This document shows positions 32,701 to 41,792 of a stretch of 64,000 nt of DNA, in pieces (the stretch's first letter is position 1; the number at the start of each line of letters is the position of its first letter). The stretch is from the NCBI GenBank assembly GCA_038321985.1, contig JBBQFN010000007.1:128001-192000 (forward strand), in the 5' to 3' direction. Origin of the DNA: Cyanophyceae cyanobacterium. GTDB lineage: Bacteria > Cyanobacteriota > Cyanobacteriia > Cyanobacteriales > Laspinemataceae. The notes beneath the pieces were generated by a model. It had not been told where the DNA came from. It did no database searches and saw only the letters and a list, made by a program, of their open reading frames with translations. The position numbers were made by a program, and so were the translations under genes.

Positions 32701-33647
32701 TTTTGGGACGTCCCCGCGTCGATGTCACATTGAGAGTATCAGGATTTTTCCGAGATGCTTTTCCCAACCTGATCGATTTATTCGATCGCGCAGTGCAAGC
32801 AGTTGCCAGCTTGGAGGAACCGGCAACGGATAATCCCTTAGCGGCGCAAGTGCAGATAGAAACCCAGACATGGCAAGGGTTAGGGTTGACTCCGGAACAG
32901 GCAAACCGGCGATCGCGCTATCGGGTATTCGGGTCAAAACCAGGTGCTTATGGGGCGGGATTACAAGGATTAATCGAAGGGCAAAATTGGACCGATGACG
33001 CGGATTTGGCCCGGGCGTATATCAACTGGAGTAGTTACGCTTATACAGGCATGGGCAATGGACATTCTGCCCCAGAAGCGTTTGAACAACGGTTAGGGCA
33101 GATGCAGATTGTCTTACACAACCAAGATAATCGGGAACATGATCTCCTCGATTCGGATGATTACTATCAGTTCCAAGGCGGGTTATTAGCAGCTGTGAGG
33201 GCAGTGAGAGGCACGGATGCAGTTGCATATTTCGGCGACCATTCTCTACCTGAAAAGCCCAAAATTCGCCGGTTAGAAGAGGAAATCGACCGGGTGTACC
33301 GATCGCGAGTGGTGAATCCGAAATGGATTGAGGGAGTGATGCGCCACGGGTATAAAGGTGCGTTTGAAATGGCCGCTACTTTGGATTATTTGTTTGCCTA
33401 CGATGCCACTGCACATTGTGTCCAAGATTTTATGTATGAGGGCGTGGCAAAGGCATATTTGTTAGATGACAAAGTGCGAGAGTTTATCCACCACAAGAAT
33501 CCTTGGGCGTTGCGGGATATGGCGGAACGGTTGTTAGAGGCGAATCAGCGGGGTTTGTGGGAAGGGGTAGATCAGCCGATGTTGGAGGAATTAAGGGCGA
33601 TCGTTCATGATGCAGAAGGGGCGATCGAATCGGCAGTCGGTTCCTAA
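29766..33647 (+). CDS. cobN: Cobaltochelatase subunit CobN
   Basis: MHRLAATPGGW, HVGKHGNLEWLPGK, NDPGEG.QAKRR, LPTGRNFY, EHDLLDSDDYYQFQGG; SD aggag before the ATG at 29766. Confidence 0.96.
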   Translation: MHRLAATPGGWNPQEEGVILVSQTPAPVAIVTAADTDIQAIATAIAQLPPDFPDLRVINLLQLQQQVSIDTYALEVLFEAQVIVLRLLGGRAYWSYGLEVVRETVQNTGAHLIVIPGDEAGDPDLMGHSSVPLSVVNQVWQYFTEGGVDNLVNALQFVAQVCLKREYNPGPPIRIPRVGLYPWKSARVGLPNETLNSEESRLNPTLSANPKSSLNSSQFLSPFPKVGILFYRAHYLAANTAPIDALCQELSDRHLDPVPLFVSSLRDKDVQAELLAYLQPPTTETVQIILNTTGFAIGQGVQTLPSTQHPPTSDLEFWETLDVPVLQVIFSGGTQQQWEGGFQGLSPRDMAMNVALPEVDGRIITRVVSFKAVQENNVKLETPIVVYEPVGDRINFVTDLAANWIKLRQTPPNQRKIALILANYPTRDGRLANGVGLDTPESCIEILNALQNAGYCVEDIPATGDELIRRLTAGITNDPEGEGWRKIYQELPGKDYQEYFETLPEPVRQGIENRWGQNPENRYSVETKTFPIPGIQLGHIFIGIQPARGYDQDPSLNYHAPDLEPTHEYLAYYYWIREGFGAQAIIHVGKHGNLEWLPGKSIALSENCYPEVALGPMPHFYPFIVNDPGEGSQAKRRSQAVIIDHLTPPMTRAELYGPLHKLEGLIDEYYEAQSLDPVRLKPIRNRLVQLVKDQHLNQNLVWTNPSNSANSDLEFTALIANLDGYLCELKEAQIRDGLHIFGKCPQGRQLVDLIVAISRHPGGSRLGLTRALAADQGLSFDPLTSNPAEFLSEFTGNSSLRTIGDAIAQLEAEAATFVTQIIDPTGETILPKTDTATGKELDWIRYCLLPALQQTSQEITQLLRGLEGRYIKSGASGAPTRGRPEVLPTGRNFYSVDIRAIPTETAWDIGRRAAEEAIERYTQDNGEYPQTLGLSVWGTSTMRTGGDDIAEALALLGVRPVWDGPSRRVVDFEILPVRVLGRPRVDVTLRVSGFFRDAFPNLIDLFDRAVQAVASLEEPATDNPLAAQVQIETQTWQGLGLTPEQANRRSRYRVFGSKPGAYGAGLQGLIEGQNWTDDADLARAYINWSSYAYTGMGNGHSAPEAFEQRLGQMQIVLHNQDNREHDLLDSDDYYQFQGGLLAAVRAVRGTDAVAYFGDHSLPEKPKIRRLEEEIDRVYRSRVVNPKWIEGVMRHGYKGAFEMAATLDYLFAYDATAHCVQDFMYEGVAKAYLLDDKVREFIHHKNPWALRDMAERLLEANQRGLWEGVDQPMLEELRAIVHDAEGAIESAVGS

Positions 33648-33663
33648 TCCGAAATACACTAAT

Positions 33664-35427
33664 TTATCCACAAGCACTTAAGGATGAATTAGATTGAAGA
33701 GCGCGATCGCTGGAGTCAGGGGTGAGGGTAAAACTTTGCCGAATTGGAATTTCAATGATAAATTCTGTGCCTTGACCCAGTTCGGAATGACAGTTCAAGG
33801 TTCCCCGATGTTTTTCAATGATCGTATAACTAATGGATAATCCTAAACCGGTTCCTTTCCCAATTGGTTTGGTTGTAAAAAATGGATCGAATAATCTGGT
33901 TTGCACCGCTTTAGTCATGCCGGAACCATTATCGACAATCCGGATAATGGCATTGGAATCAGCCTGTTTAGTTTGAATGTGAATAGTGAGGAGGGTTAAG
34001 TCATCTTTTCGGCTCGTTTCTAAAGCATCAATAGCATTACTTAAAATGTTCATAAAGACTTGATTGAGTTGTCCGGCATAGCACTCAATTAAGGGTAAAT
34101 TTCCATAGTCTTTAATCACTTCAATACTAGGGCGATCGCCCTTGGATTTTAAGCGGTTTTGCAAGATTAATAAGGTACTATCTAATCCCTGATGTAAATC
34201 TACTTCTTTCATGTCTGATTCATCCAACCGTGAAAAATTTCGCAGGGATAAGACAATTTCTCGGATGCGATCGGCACCGACTTTCACCGAAGAGATCAGG
34301 TTGGGTAAATCTTCGCGTACATACTCTAGTTCAATGTCGGCAATCACCTCTTGAATTTCAGCGGGGGTTTCGGAATAGTAATCTGCATAAGTATCAATCA
34401 GGGTTAGTAAATCTTGGCTGTACTCACTTAGATAGGTGAGGTTACCATAAATAAAATTAACTGGATTGTTGATTTCATGGGCAATTCCAGCGACCATTTG
34501 ACCTAAACTCGACATTTTTTCGGTTTGAATCAGTTGAGTTTGGGTTGTTTGTAAATTTTTTAGCGCTTGTTGAAGTTCATTCTCAGCTTGTTTTCGTTCA
34601 GCAATTTCAATTTCTAGGTTTTGATTAGCGCTGGTGAGTTGGGTGGTGCGATCTGTAACTTTTTGTTCTAGGGATTGATAAAGTTCTGCTAAATTTTGGG
34701 CCATTTTATTAAATTCAAAGGCTAATTTTTCTATCTCATCTTTGCTTTGAATATCAAGCCGGTAGTCTAAATTTCCCGCTCTAATTTTTTCAGTGCCCAG
34801 TTCTAGTTTTTCAATAGAACGAATAACGGGTAAGACAATCAGGACCAATTGACCCGCAAAACCGAGTAAAATAACCCCTGTTGTGATATATCTAATCCAG
34901 TGGGTCACGGCAGCAAATTCTTTTTGTTTTTGATGGGTAATAGCCGACTGCTCTTCCACATCCTTCACCAGTTCATTCAAATAAAATTCAATATCGTTTC
35001 GGAAAGAATTGATGACTCTAAAATCCTGTCGGCTTAGTTCAATGCTAATCGGGGTCTCGTGGAGTTCATTGGCTAAACGTGACAAAAACTGGTGACGCTC
35101 TCTAACCAGTTCCGCTAATTCAATACTTTCTGGCATGAGTTGTTCTAGTTGTTCTAGAGTCAGCAAAAACTCGGACCCAATTTGATAATAGGTCACGAGA
35201 TCCCTAGGCGCTCGATCCAGAATTGTATAATTTTTTAAAGCTGCAATATGCCCTCTTAATAAAATCTTTAGTTCAAGCACAAGATGGGTGGCGTGATCCG
35301 TTCTTTCTAACTTTTCTTGCTTCTTTTTTTGAATGCTAAAGATTAAAAATTCACTAATGAAAGTCAGGGCTATAATTAACCCGACTAAAAGGAGAGAAGA
35401 TCCAATAAATTTACTGATAATCTTCAT
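33664..35427 (-). CDS. Membrane sensor histidine kinase (2 TM, periplasmic domain, HAMP)
   Basis: HAMP GNLDYRLDIQSKDEIEKLA, H-box AHEINNP, NAIDA, DNGSG, GKGTGLGL. Confidence 0.93.
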   Translation of the reverse strand: MKIISKFIGSSLLLVGLIIALTFISEFLIFSIQKKKQEKLERTDHATHLVLELKILLRGHIAALKNYTILDRAPRDLVTYYQIGSEFLLTLEQLEQLMPESIELAELVRERHQFLSRLANELHETPISIELSRQDFRVINSFRNDIEFYLNELVKDVEEQSAITHQKQKEFAAVTHWIRYITTGVILLGFAGQLVLIVLPVIRSIEKLELGTEKIRAGNLDYRLDIQSKDEIEKLAFEFNKMAQNLAELYQSLEQKVTDRTTQLTSANQNLEIEIAERKQAENELQQALKNLQTTQTQLIQTEKMSSLGQMVAGIAHEINNPVNFIYGNLTYLSEYSQDLLTLIDTYADYYSETPAEIQEVIADIELEYVREDLPNLISSVKVGADRIREIVLSLRNFSRLDESDMKEVDLHQGLDSTLLILQNRLKSKGDRPSIEVIKDYGNLPLIECYAGQLNQVFMNILSNAIDALETSRKDDLTLLTIHIQTKQADSNAIIRIVDNGSGMTKAVQTRLFDPFFTTKPIGKGTGLGLSISYTIIEKHRGTLNCHSELGQGTEFIIEIPIRQSFTLTPDSSDRALQSNSSLSACG

Positions 35428-35430
35428 AAG

Positions 35431-36399
35431 CTAGGGTTGTTTTTCTTCTAAAATATTTTGAATTTCTCGAATTGTGTTATAGTCTTCGTCATTGGTTAAC
35501 GTGTATCCGCCCGATTCTGTTCCGGTGGGGTCTAAAAGTCCAGAAGGAGCTTTAATAAAGGCTAATTTAAGCTGATTTTTTAATTCGACAGAGAGTTCGG
35601 AAGAGGCCACCAGGGGGATATTAGGGATGGGTTCAGATTCCCAGATAATATGATAGCTTGACAAGTCTTTTGTTTTATCTTGTTCCAGGGTCCGATACGA
35701 TCGCTTATCATCCGCGATCGCATCCACTGCGCCAGATAGCAGTAATTCTTTAACTTCAGTATGACTCCCCCCATATTCAACGGTGGCAAAATCGATATTG
35801 GGATTAATTTGTTTATTTTTAAACGCTAACATCGGGACTAAATATCCCGAGGTTGAGGAAGGACTAACAAAGGCGAAGCGTTTGCCTTTTAAATCCTCTA
35901 ATTTTTCAATTCCGCGCTCGCGATTGGCAACAATAATGCTAGTGTACCAAGGTCGTCCTGTAGTGCGATCAATCGGAGATACCAGGGGTTCCACTCCAGG
36001 GTCCCGTTCTTTGGCTTGCAGATAAGTTACTGGACCCAGGAAAGCGAGGGCTACTTTTTTTTCGATTAATAAATTAACGGAGGTTTCGTAATTTTCGACA
36101 ATCTCGAAATGGACGGGTTTTTGAAGGACTTGGGTTAAATAGTCAGCTAAAGGCTGGAGCTTCTCTTCTTGTGCCTCAGTCACTTGCCAGGGGATCACGG
36201 CAATGGTAAAACCGGCGCTTTCATCTGTGGGGTTCGGTTTAATATTTTGTTGGGCGATCGCACTGGGATCACTCACTGTAGAACGTTCAGGCGTTTCGGT
36301 ACAACCTGAACCGAGTAATGACACAGCTAAGGTTAGGCTGAACACTACACAAATTCGGTATGGGTTGCAGTTGATCACCCCAGGGAGGTGCTGTGGCAT
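35431..36399 (-). CDS. PhnD-like phosphate/phosphite/phosphonate substrate-binding lipoprotein
   Basis: Lipobox LLGSG-C; DLKGKRFAFVS.SSTSGYLVP, GSH, GAVDA, SEPIP; no permease or ATPase genes nearby. Confidence 0.85.
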   Translation of the reverse strand: MPQHLPGVINCNPYRICVVFSLTLAVSLLGSGCTETPERSTVSDPSAIAQQNIKPNPTDESAGFTIAVIPWQVTEAQEEKLQPLADYLTQVLQKPVHFEIVENYETSVNLLIEKKVALAFLGPVTYLQAKERDPGVEPLVSPIDRTTGRPWYTSIIVANRERGIEKLEDLKGKRFAFVSPSSTSGYLVPMLAFKNKQINPNIDFATVEYGGSHTEVKELLLSGAVDAIADDKRSYRTLEQDKTKDLSSYHIIWESEPIPNIPLVASSELSVELKNQLKLAFIKAPSGLLDPTGTESGGYTLTNDEDYNTIREIQNILEEKQP

Positions 36400-36566
36400 T
36401 ACGGTTGGTGATAATAGGTTCTTTGTCGATTTTACTGTGGTATTTGCTTTTACGTTTAAACCTCATTAAATCTTTACAATTTCCTCAATTTTGGGTCCTC
36501 TTTTGTATTCGAGGAAGTCCCAATCATTACCTTTGACCCGAAGCAAGCCGATTAAATGGGGACCTC

Positions 36567-39500
36567 TTACTCCAAACCCATGCGCTGTAACAGTTGGGTG
36601 GCATCTTCGGGGGATAAAGGACGACTAAACAAATAGCCCTGTATTTCTTCACAGTCTAGCATTCGCAGACAATCTAATTGTTCTTGAGTTTCCACCCCTT
36701 CTGCCACTACGTTTAAATGTAATCCATGTCCCAAGGCAATGACGGCACGGGCGATCGCAATATCCGCTGGTTCTAGCGCTAAGTCTTTGACAAAAGACCG
36801 GTCTATTTTTAAGGTATGAAGGGGAAACTGTTTCAGATAACTTAAGGAAGAATATCCGGTGCCAAAATCATCTAAGGCAATATTTACCCCCATATTTTTC
36901 AAATCTCTTAACAACTGGCGGGTAAAATCCACATCAAGCATAGCCACAGTTTCAGTAATTTCTAGGGTCAAATACTGAGCCTCTAGACCAGTTTGAAAGA
37001 GAACTTCTGCAATTTTTTCCACTAAATCGGGTTGCTGAAACTGTCGAAGTGAGAGATTCACGGCTACGGGTATCGCCGATAAACCCGAGGCAATCCATGC
37101 TTGATTTTGAGCGCAAGCTGTCTTTAATACCCATTCTCCAATGGGCATAATCAAGCCGGTATCTTCTGCAATAGGAATAAATTTTGAGGGAGAAACTAAG
37201 CCCAATTCAGGATGATTCCAGCGCACTAACGCCTCCATCCCTTTAATTTCTCCCGTCTTGATATTCACCTTGGGTTGGTAGTTTATCATAAATTCGTCGC
37301 GCTCTAACGCCCGGTGCAGTCTATTTTCTAAATCCAGCAATTCACTGGCGAGAATGTCAAAAGCGGGCGTATAAACTTCATAAGTATTCCGGCCTTTTTC
37401 TTTGGCTCGATATAAGGCAGAGTCGGCGTGTTTGATGAGCGTCTCTCCATCGTCTCCGTCTTGGGGAGAAAGGGCAATACCAATACTGGTACTGATATGA
37501 AGGTGATGATTTTCGATGGAAAAAACAGGCTTTAACGTTTGGATAATTTCTTCCGCAATCTTCGAGGCGGCGACTACGGAAGAGACTTCAGGAAGGATGA
37601 TGGTAAATTCATCTCCCCCCCATCGGGCGATGATATCTTTTTCGCTTAAGCTGGCTTTTAGTCTCGTGGCAACCCCTTGTAATAGCTGGTCACCAATCGC
37701 ATGACCCAGGGTATCATTAATGGTTTTAAACCGATCCAAATCTAAGAACATTACTGCCAGTTTTCTGGTGTTATCTTGCCCTCGGTCTAATGCCTCTGAT
37801 AAGCATTCATTTAATAAATTACGGTTGGGTAATCCCGTTAGTGAGTCGTGAAAGGCTTGATAGCGAATGCGCTGTTCGGCACGAGCTGCATCGGTGATAT
37901 CTCGAAAGCTAAATACTCGGCCAACTCTACAATCTCCGACTAGCTGAGGGCGAGAATAACACTCTAAGATTTTGCCTGATCTAAACTCAAGAATATCGCC
38001 AAATTCCATATTGGGACTATCGAGTCCTTTTCTAATTTTTATGAGGCAGTATCCAGGATTTTTTAACTGAGGCAGTAAAAGTTTTAGACCCTGCTTAAAT
38101 GTACCCTTTTTCAGCAATAACTGGGGAATTTGTAACAATTTAATCAGGTTTTGGTTATAGCTAGTGATTTGACCATCTAGGTCAATTGCTAGAATTCCAT
38201 CCGCAGTAGATTCTAGGGTAGCCCGCAAAAGAGAGAGGGATTTTTCCAGACTTTCTTCAGCTTGCTTACGTTGAGTAATGTCCTCTACCATACCTTCATA
38301 ACCAATGATTTTACCGCGATTGTTGCGAATGACCCGCGCATTTTCGGAAATCCAGATAATAGTGCCATTTTTTTGATAAACTTGAGATTCAAAGTTCCAA
38401 AAGGCATTACTTTCTTGAAGCAACCGGACAAACTGCACGCGGCGGTTTTTATCTACATAAATCTGGGATTCGATATTATTAATAGCCGTCATCAGTTCTT
38501 CGGGCCCGTCATAGCCATAAATTTGGGCTAACATGGGATTGACGGTGATATAACGTCCGTTTAAGGTACTTTGAAAAATTCCTTCTACAGCATTTTCAAA
38601 GATGCTACGATATTTTTTTTCGGCGTGCTTTTGGTCGGTTTGCGCCTGTTGCAATTCAACTAGGGTTTTCTGGAGTTCTTCGGTACGTGCGACAGCGATC
38701 GCACTCAGGTAGCGTTCTCGTTCTGCTTGTTCCCGTCGCGCATCCATAATACTAAGAGTATGAGCATTCCAACTGATAGCAGTCCCTAACAAGATGGTAT
38801 TAAATACGCTTAATAAAGCAATCCCTACCCCGCGATCGTAGAGATTTAATCGAGTGCCATGTAAAATTAATCCCCCGACTAGAGGAGGAAGAAGTAAGGC
38901 GGCAATTGATAGAGGTTGCAGGAGTAAACGTAGGGCGCGATCGCTTGTTAATAAGGCGACGAATCCGCGATCGGGATTCAACAATAAAATCCCCACGGAA
39001 AGCACTATAAAGGATACGCTAGTATGCAAGGCCATTTCAGTATTACGGCCGAGGCCATAAAAGGCCGAAATTCCATACAAATATCCTAACAATCCTAAAA
39101 ATCCAATGGCCCAGGCAATTACACTCAAATACTGGGCAATCCAATAGCGTTTTTGTTGAGAGAAAATCAGCGCAAAACCGAGTAATCCAAAATTAAAAGC
39201 CGTATTAGGAGCCATCCGCCCCGGTACAGAAGTACCAGCGGCATTTGCTTCTTCTTGAAAAAGCAATTGGTCAATCCCCAAATTGATATTTAGGGTATAT
39301 TGAAGTAAAGTCAACAGTCCTATAAAAATTACTAAATAAGATGAAATATCAAGGAGAATGTCAATTAGATCAACCGCCTTTTCAGAAATATTTTTACATT
39401 TTTTAAAGCAGTTTTGTCCTAAATTCAATTTGGGTAATTTACGCCTCTTTCGGGAATTTTTGCGCCCCAATTGCCATAAAGAAAGACCAGAAAAGATAAA

Positions 39501-39725
39501 ACTAATGGCGGTATTTGCTTTCATCGTTACTAGCCCCGGCCAAACACTTTTGAGGGTAGGAATATCGAATATCCAGCCCAGCAAAACTATCAAACCCGTT
39601 AGCATTACTATAATGCTCGTCCCTTGAGAAACTGCTTTCAAGGATGCGATCGTACTTGAGGTTATAGGGGGGTTGGAATATCCAGGTAACATTTCTAGTT
39701 GTGCCCCTCTAGATTGAGTCAGCAT
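36567..39725 (-). CDS. Membrane PAS-PAS-GGDEF-EAL diguanylate cyclase/phosphodiesterase
   Basis: Multi-TM N-terminus, PAS (FENAVEGIFQ...EDITQRK), ARWGGDEF, GMEALVRW, DDFGTGYSSL. Confidence 0.95.
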   Translation of the reverse strand: MLTQSRGAQLEMLPGYSNPPITSSTIASLKAVSQGTSIIVMLTGLIVLLGWIFDIPTLKSVWPGLVTMKANTAISFIFSGLSLWQLGRKNSRKRRKLPKLNLGQNCFKKCKNISEKAVDLIDILLDISSYLVIFIGLLTLLQYTLNINLGIDQLLFQEEANAAGTSVPGRMAPNTAFNFGLLGFALIFSQQKRYWIAQYLSVIAWAIGFLGLLGYLYGISAFYGLGRNTEMALHTSVSFIVLSVGILLLNPDRGFVALLTSDRALRLLLQPLSIAALLLPPLVGGLILHGTRLNLYDRGVGIALLSVFNTILLGTAISWNAHTLSIMDARREQAERERYLSAIAVARTEELQKTLVELQQAQTDQKHAEKKYRSIFENAVEGIFQSTLNGRYITVNPMLAQIYGYDGPEELMTAINNIESQIYVDKNRRVQFVRLLQESNAFWNFESQVYQKNGTIIWISENARVIRNNRGKIIGYEGMVEDITQRKQAEESLEKSLSLLRATLESTADGILAIDLDGQITSYNQNLIKLLQIPQLLLKKGTFKQGLKLLLPQLKNPGYCLIKIRKGLDSPNMEFGDILEFRSGKILECYSRPQLVGDCRVGRVFSFRDITDAARAEQRIRYQAFHDSLTGLPNRNLLNECLSEALDRGQDNTRKLAVMFLDLDRFKTINDTLGHAIGDQLLQGVATRLKASLSEKDIIARWGGDEFTIILPEVSSVVAASKIAEEIIQTLKPVFSIENHHLHISTSIGIALSPQDGDDGETLIKHADSALYRAKEKGRNTYEVYTPAFDILASELLDLENRLHRALERDEFMINYQPKVNIKTGEIKGMEALVRWNHPELGLVSPSKFIPIAEDTGLIMPIGEWVLKTACAQNQAWIASGLSAIPVAVNLSLRQFQQPDLVEKIAEVLFQTGLEAQYLTLEITETVAMLDVDFTRQLLRDLKNMGVNIALDDFGTGYSSLSYLKQFPLHTLKIDRSFVKDLALEPADIAIARAVIALGHGLHLNVVAEGVETQEQLDCLRMLDCEEIQGYLFSRPLSPEDATQLLQRMGLE

Positions 39726-40013
39726 TCTCTAATTATCCTTATTTTTTAAACTAAATCTTCTCACATTTAGGAAGCTGAGGTTACTCATCTCCTCCTTTAG
39801 ACTCTAGCGGTTATAGGTAGAATGAGTTCTGTATTCTATTTTGCAGTTCTTATATTTTTTTTATGCTTTCCTAAAGGATAACAGGAGGCCAAGGTCAGCC
39901 CTGAATCAAATCAACTCCAGTAAAGCAGCATGAATTTATCCCCGCCAACACCCGATGGGATTGCCTCAAGTAAAAAGCCTAAATCTTATATAATCTAGGG
40001 GTTGCGATCGCCC

Positions 40014-41555
40014 CTAGAACCCCACCTCTAAGGTTAAAGAATGACCCATAACTCTTTCTGAAGATAGGTCGTTAGAGGAAGTTTGCACCCCCTTTGCAGG
40101 GCCAGACTGAGTCACTGGCAGTTCAATTCTAAACTCCGTCCCCTGACCCGTTGTGGAGATGCACTGAATCTGACCCCTATGCTTTTCTACAATAATTTGA
40201 TGGCTAATGGACAATCCCAAACCTGTTCCTTTTCCTAGGGGTTTCGTGGTAAAAAAGGGGTTAAACAGAGACGCCTGTACCTCGGAAGTCATACCCCCGC
40301 CATTATCTGATATCTCAACTACCACCCGTTCATTCTGTAAAAGGTAGGTGCGAATATGAATGGTGGGATTGAACGGATCAGAACTCGTAAGCGGCGATCG
40401 CAACTGTTGTTCCTGCGACTTCCACTCGGCGTTACCTTCACTCCAATCTCCTCGTTTCATTTCTAAGGCATCAATCGCATTTCCAATTAAATTCATAAAA
40501 ACTTGATTGAGCTGGCAGGAAAATCCTTCAATCGGAGGAATATCGCCATAATCTTTAATAATTTTAATGGCCTGGGTTTTACCATTGGCTTTGAAGCGAT
40601 TTTGCAAAATCAAGAGGGTGCTATCAATGCCTTCATGAATATCTAATTGATTCATCACAGCTTCATCTTTTCGTGAAAAATTTCGCAGAGAAAGAACCAA
40701 CTGGTGCATTGAATCCGACCCCATTTTAATCGAAGATAATGTCTTGGGTAAATCTTCTCGAATAAAATTGAAATCCACTTGTTCGAGATGGTCGATTAGA
40801 GAAAAATTGGGGTGGGGATATTCTTGTTGATAAATCTCGATAATTTCGAGCAACTCTTCAACATAAGCGATCGCATGATTGACATTGCCGTAAATAAAAC
40901 TCACCGGATTGTTCAGTTCGTGGGCAACACTGGCAAGCAGTTGGCCCAGACTAGACATTTTTTCGCTCTGAATCAGGCGATCGTGGGCGGTTTTTACCTC
41001 CTCTAGGGCTTGTTCTAATTCCGCAGCTTGGGAACGGGCAATAACCGCAGCCCTCTCGCTTTGACGATACAGTTCCGCTTGCTGACGGGCGATCGCCTCT
41101 TGTTGCGCGTTACTTTCCTGTTGATATTGACTGACGATGGCATCCAAATCATCAAGTAAGGGTCCACTAGCTGCATCCAGGATGTAAAGCAGGTGCGGAT
41201 TTCCCGGGGTCAATTCCCAGTCTTCAGCAGCGATCGCCTGGTTGACTGCGGCAATATAGGCTTTAATTTTGCGGTCTAAATCGATAGGGGGTTCAAAATA
41301 CATCGATTTAATGGCTGGGGATGGATGCCCGGGTAACTGCAAGGCTGCATCCCCGTATAGCAGGCCATTATGGGATTTTTCCATTACTGTGATGGTTTCC
41401 AACAATGCTGAGCGCCATTTTCTTCTATCTTCTGATGTCTGAGACCTCTGTAGTTGCAAGGCAAAGAGTGCAGTTCGTTGAGACAGCATCCGTTGGCGAC
41501 CGCTGATATTGACTACTGCCGCATTAATTTCTCGCATAGTTTGGATCTCAGCCAT
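40014..41555 (-). CDS. Soluble histidine kinase with an N-terminal PilJ/NarX-like (nitrate-sensor type) four-helix domain
   Basis: VVNISGRQRMLSQR motif at the N-terminus; no hydrophobic TM segment; H-box AHELNNP, DNGGG, GKGTGLGL; ATG at 41555. Confidence 0.85.
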   Translation of the reverse strand: MAEIQTMREINAAVVNISGRQRMLSQRTALFALQLQRSQTSEDRRKWRSALLETITVMEKSHNGLLYGDAALQLPGHPSPAIKSMYFEPPIDLDRKIKAYIAAVNQAIAAEDWELTPGNPHLLYILDAASGPLLDDLDAIVSQYQQESNAQQEAIARQQAELYRQSERAAVIARSQAAELEQALEEVKTAHDRLIQSEKMSSLGQLLASVAHELNNPVSFIYGNVNHAIAYVEELLEIIEIYQQEYPHPNFSLIDHLEQVDFNFIREDLPKTLSSIKMGSDSMHQLVLSLRNFSRKDEAVMNQLDIHEGIDSTLLILQNRFKANGKTQAIKIIKDYGDIPPIEGFSCQLNQVFMNLIGNAIDALEMKRGDWSEGNAEWKSQEQQLRSPLTSSDPFNPTIHIRTYLLQNERVVVEISDNGGGMTSEVQASLFNPFFTTKPLGKGTGLGLSISHQIIVEKHRGQIQCISTTGQGTEFRIELPVTQSGPAKGVQTSSNDLSSERVMGHSLTLEVGF

Positions 41556-41659
41556 TTGAAAACAATTGGTCGAACCGAACACGGCTTTTAGCTCCAAATT
41601 TAATAATTATAGCTTTCTTCCGTTGGATCTTTTTGTAGACTGATTTGAGGAATGAGTTT

Positions 41660-41673
41660 GTAGTTGAAGCTAC
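41660..41673. promoter_or_regulatory. NtcA-type box upstream of the PilJ/NarX kinase
   Basis: T-GTA-GTTGAAGC-TAC matches GTA-N8-TAC with extended GTAG/CTAC symmetry, about 105 nt before the ATG. A minus-strand TATAAT lies at 41606-41611. Confidence 0.6.
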
Positions 41674-41792
41674 CGACTTTTTTAGGGGATGCATTTGGCC
41701 CTGCCAGTCTATGTAATCTTTACATAAATTATTTTAAATTTTTTAAACAAATAAAAAAGATTCTCGGGAATCTTCAACAGGAGGAAGGAGGC

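Noticed and set aside
36455..36480. Pho box (SphR) upstream of the PhnD-like gene
   Set aside because: The TTAAA(C/T)CT repeats have a 10-nt rather than 11-nt period, there are only two copies, and they lie on the strand opposite the gene.
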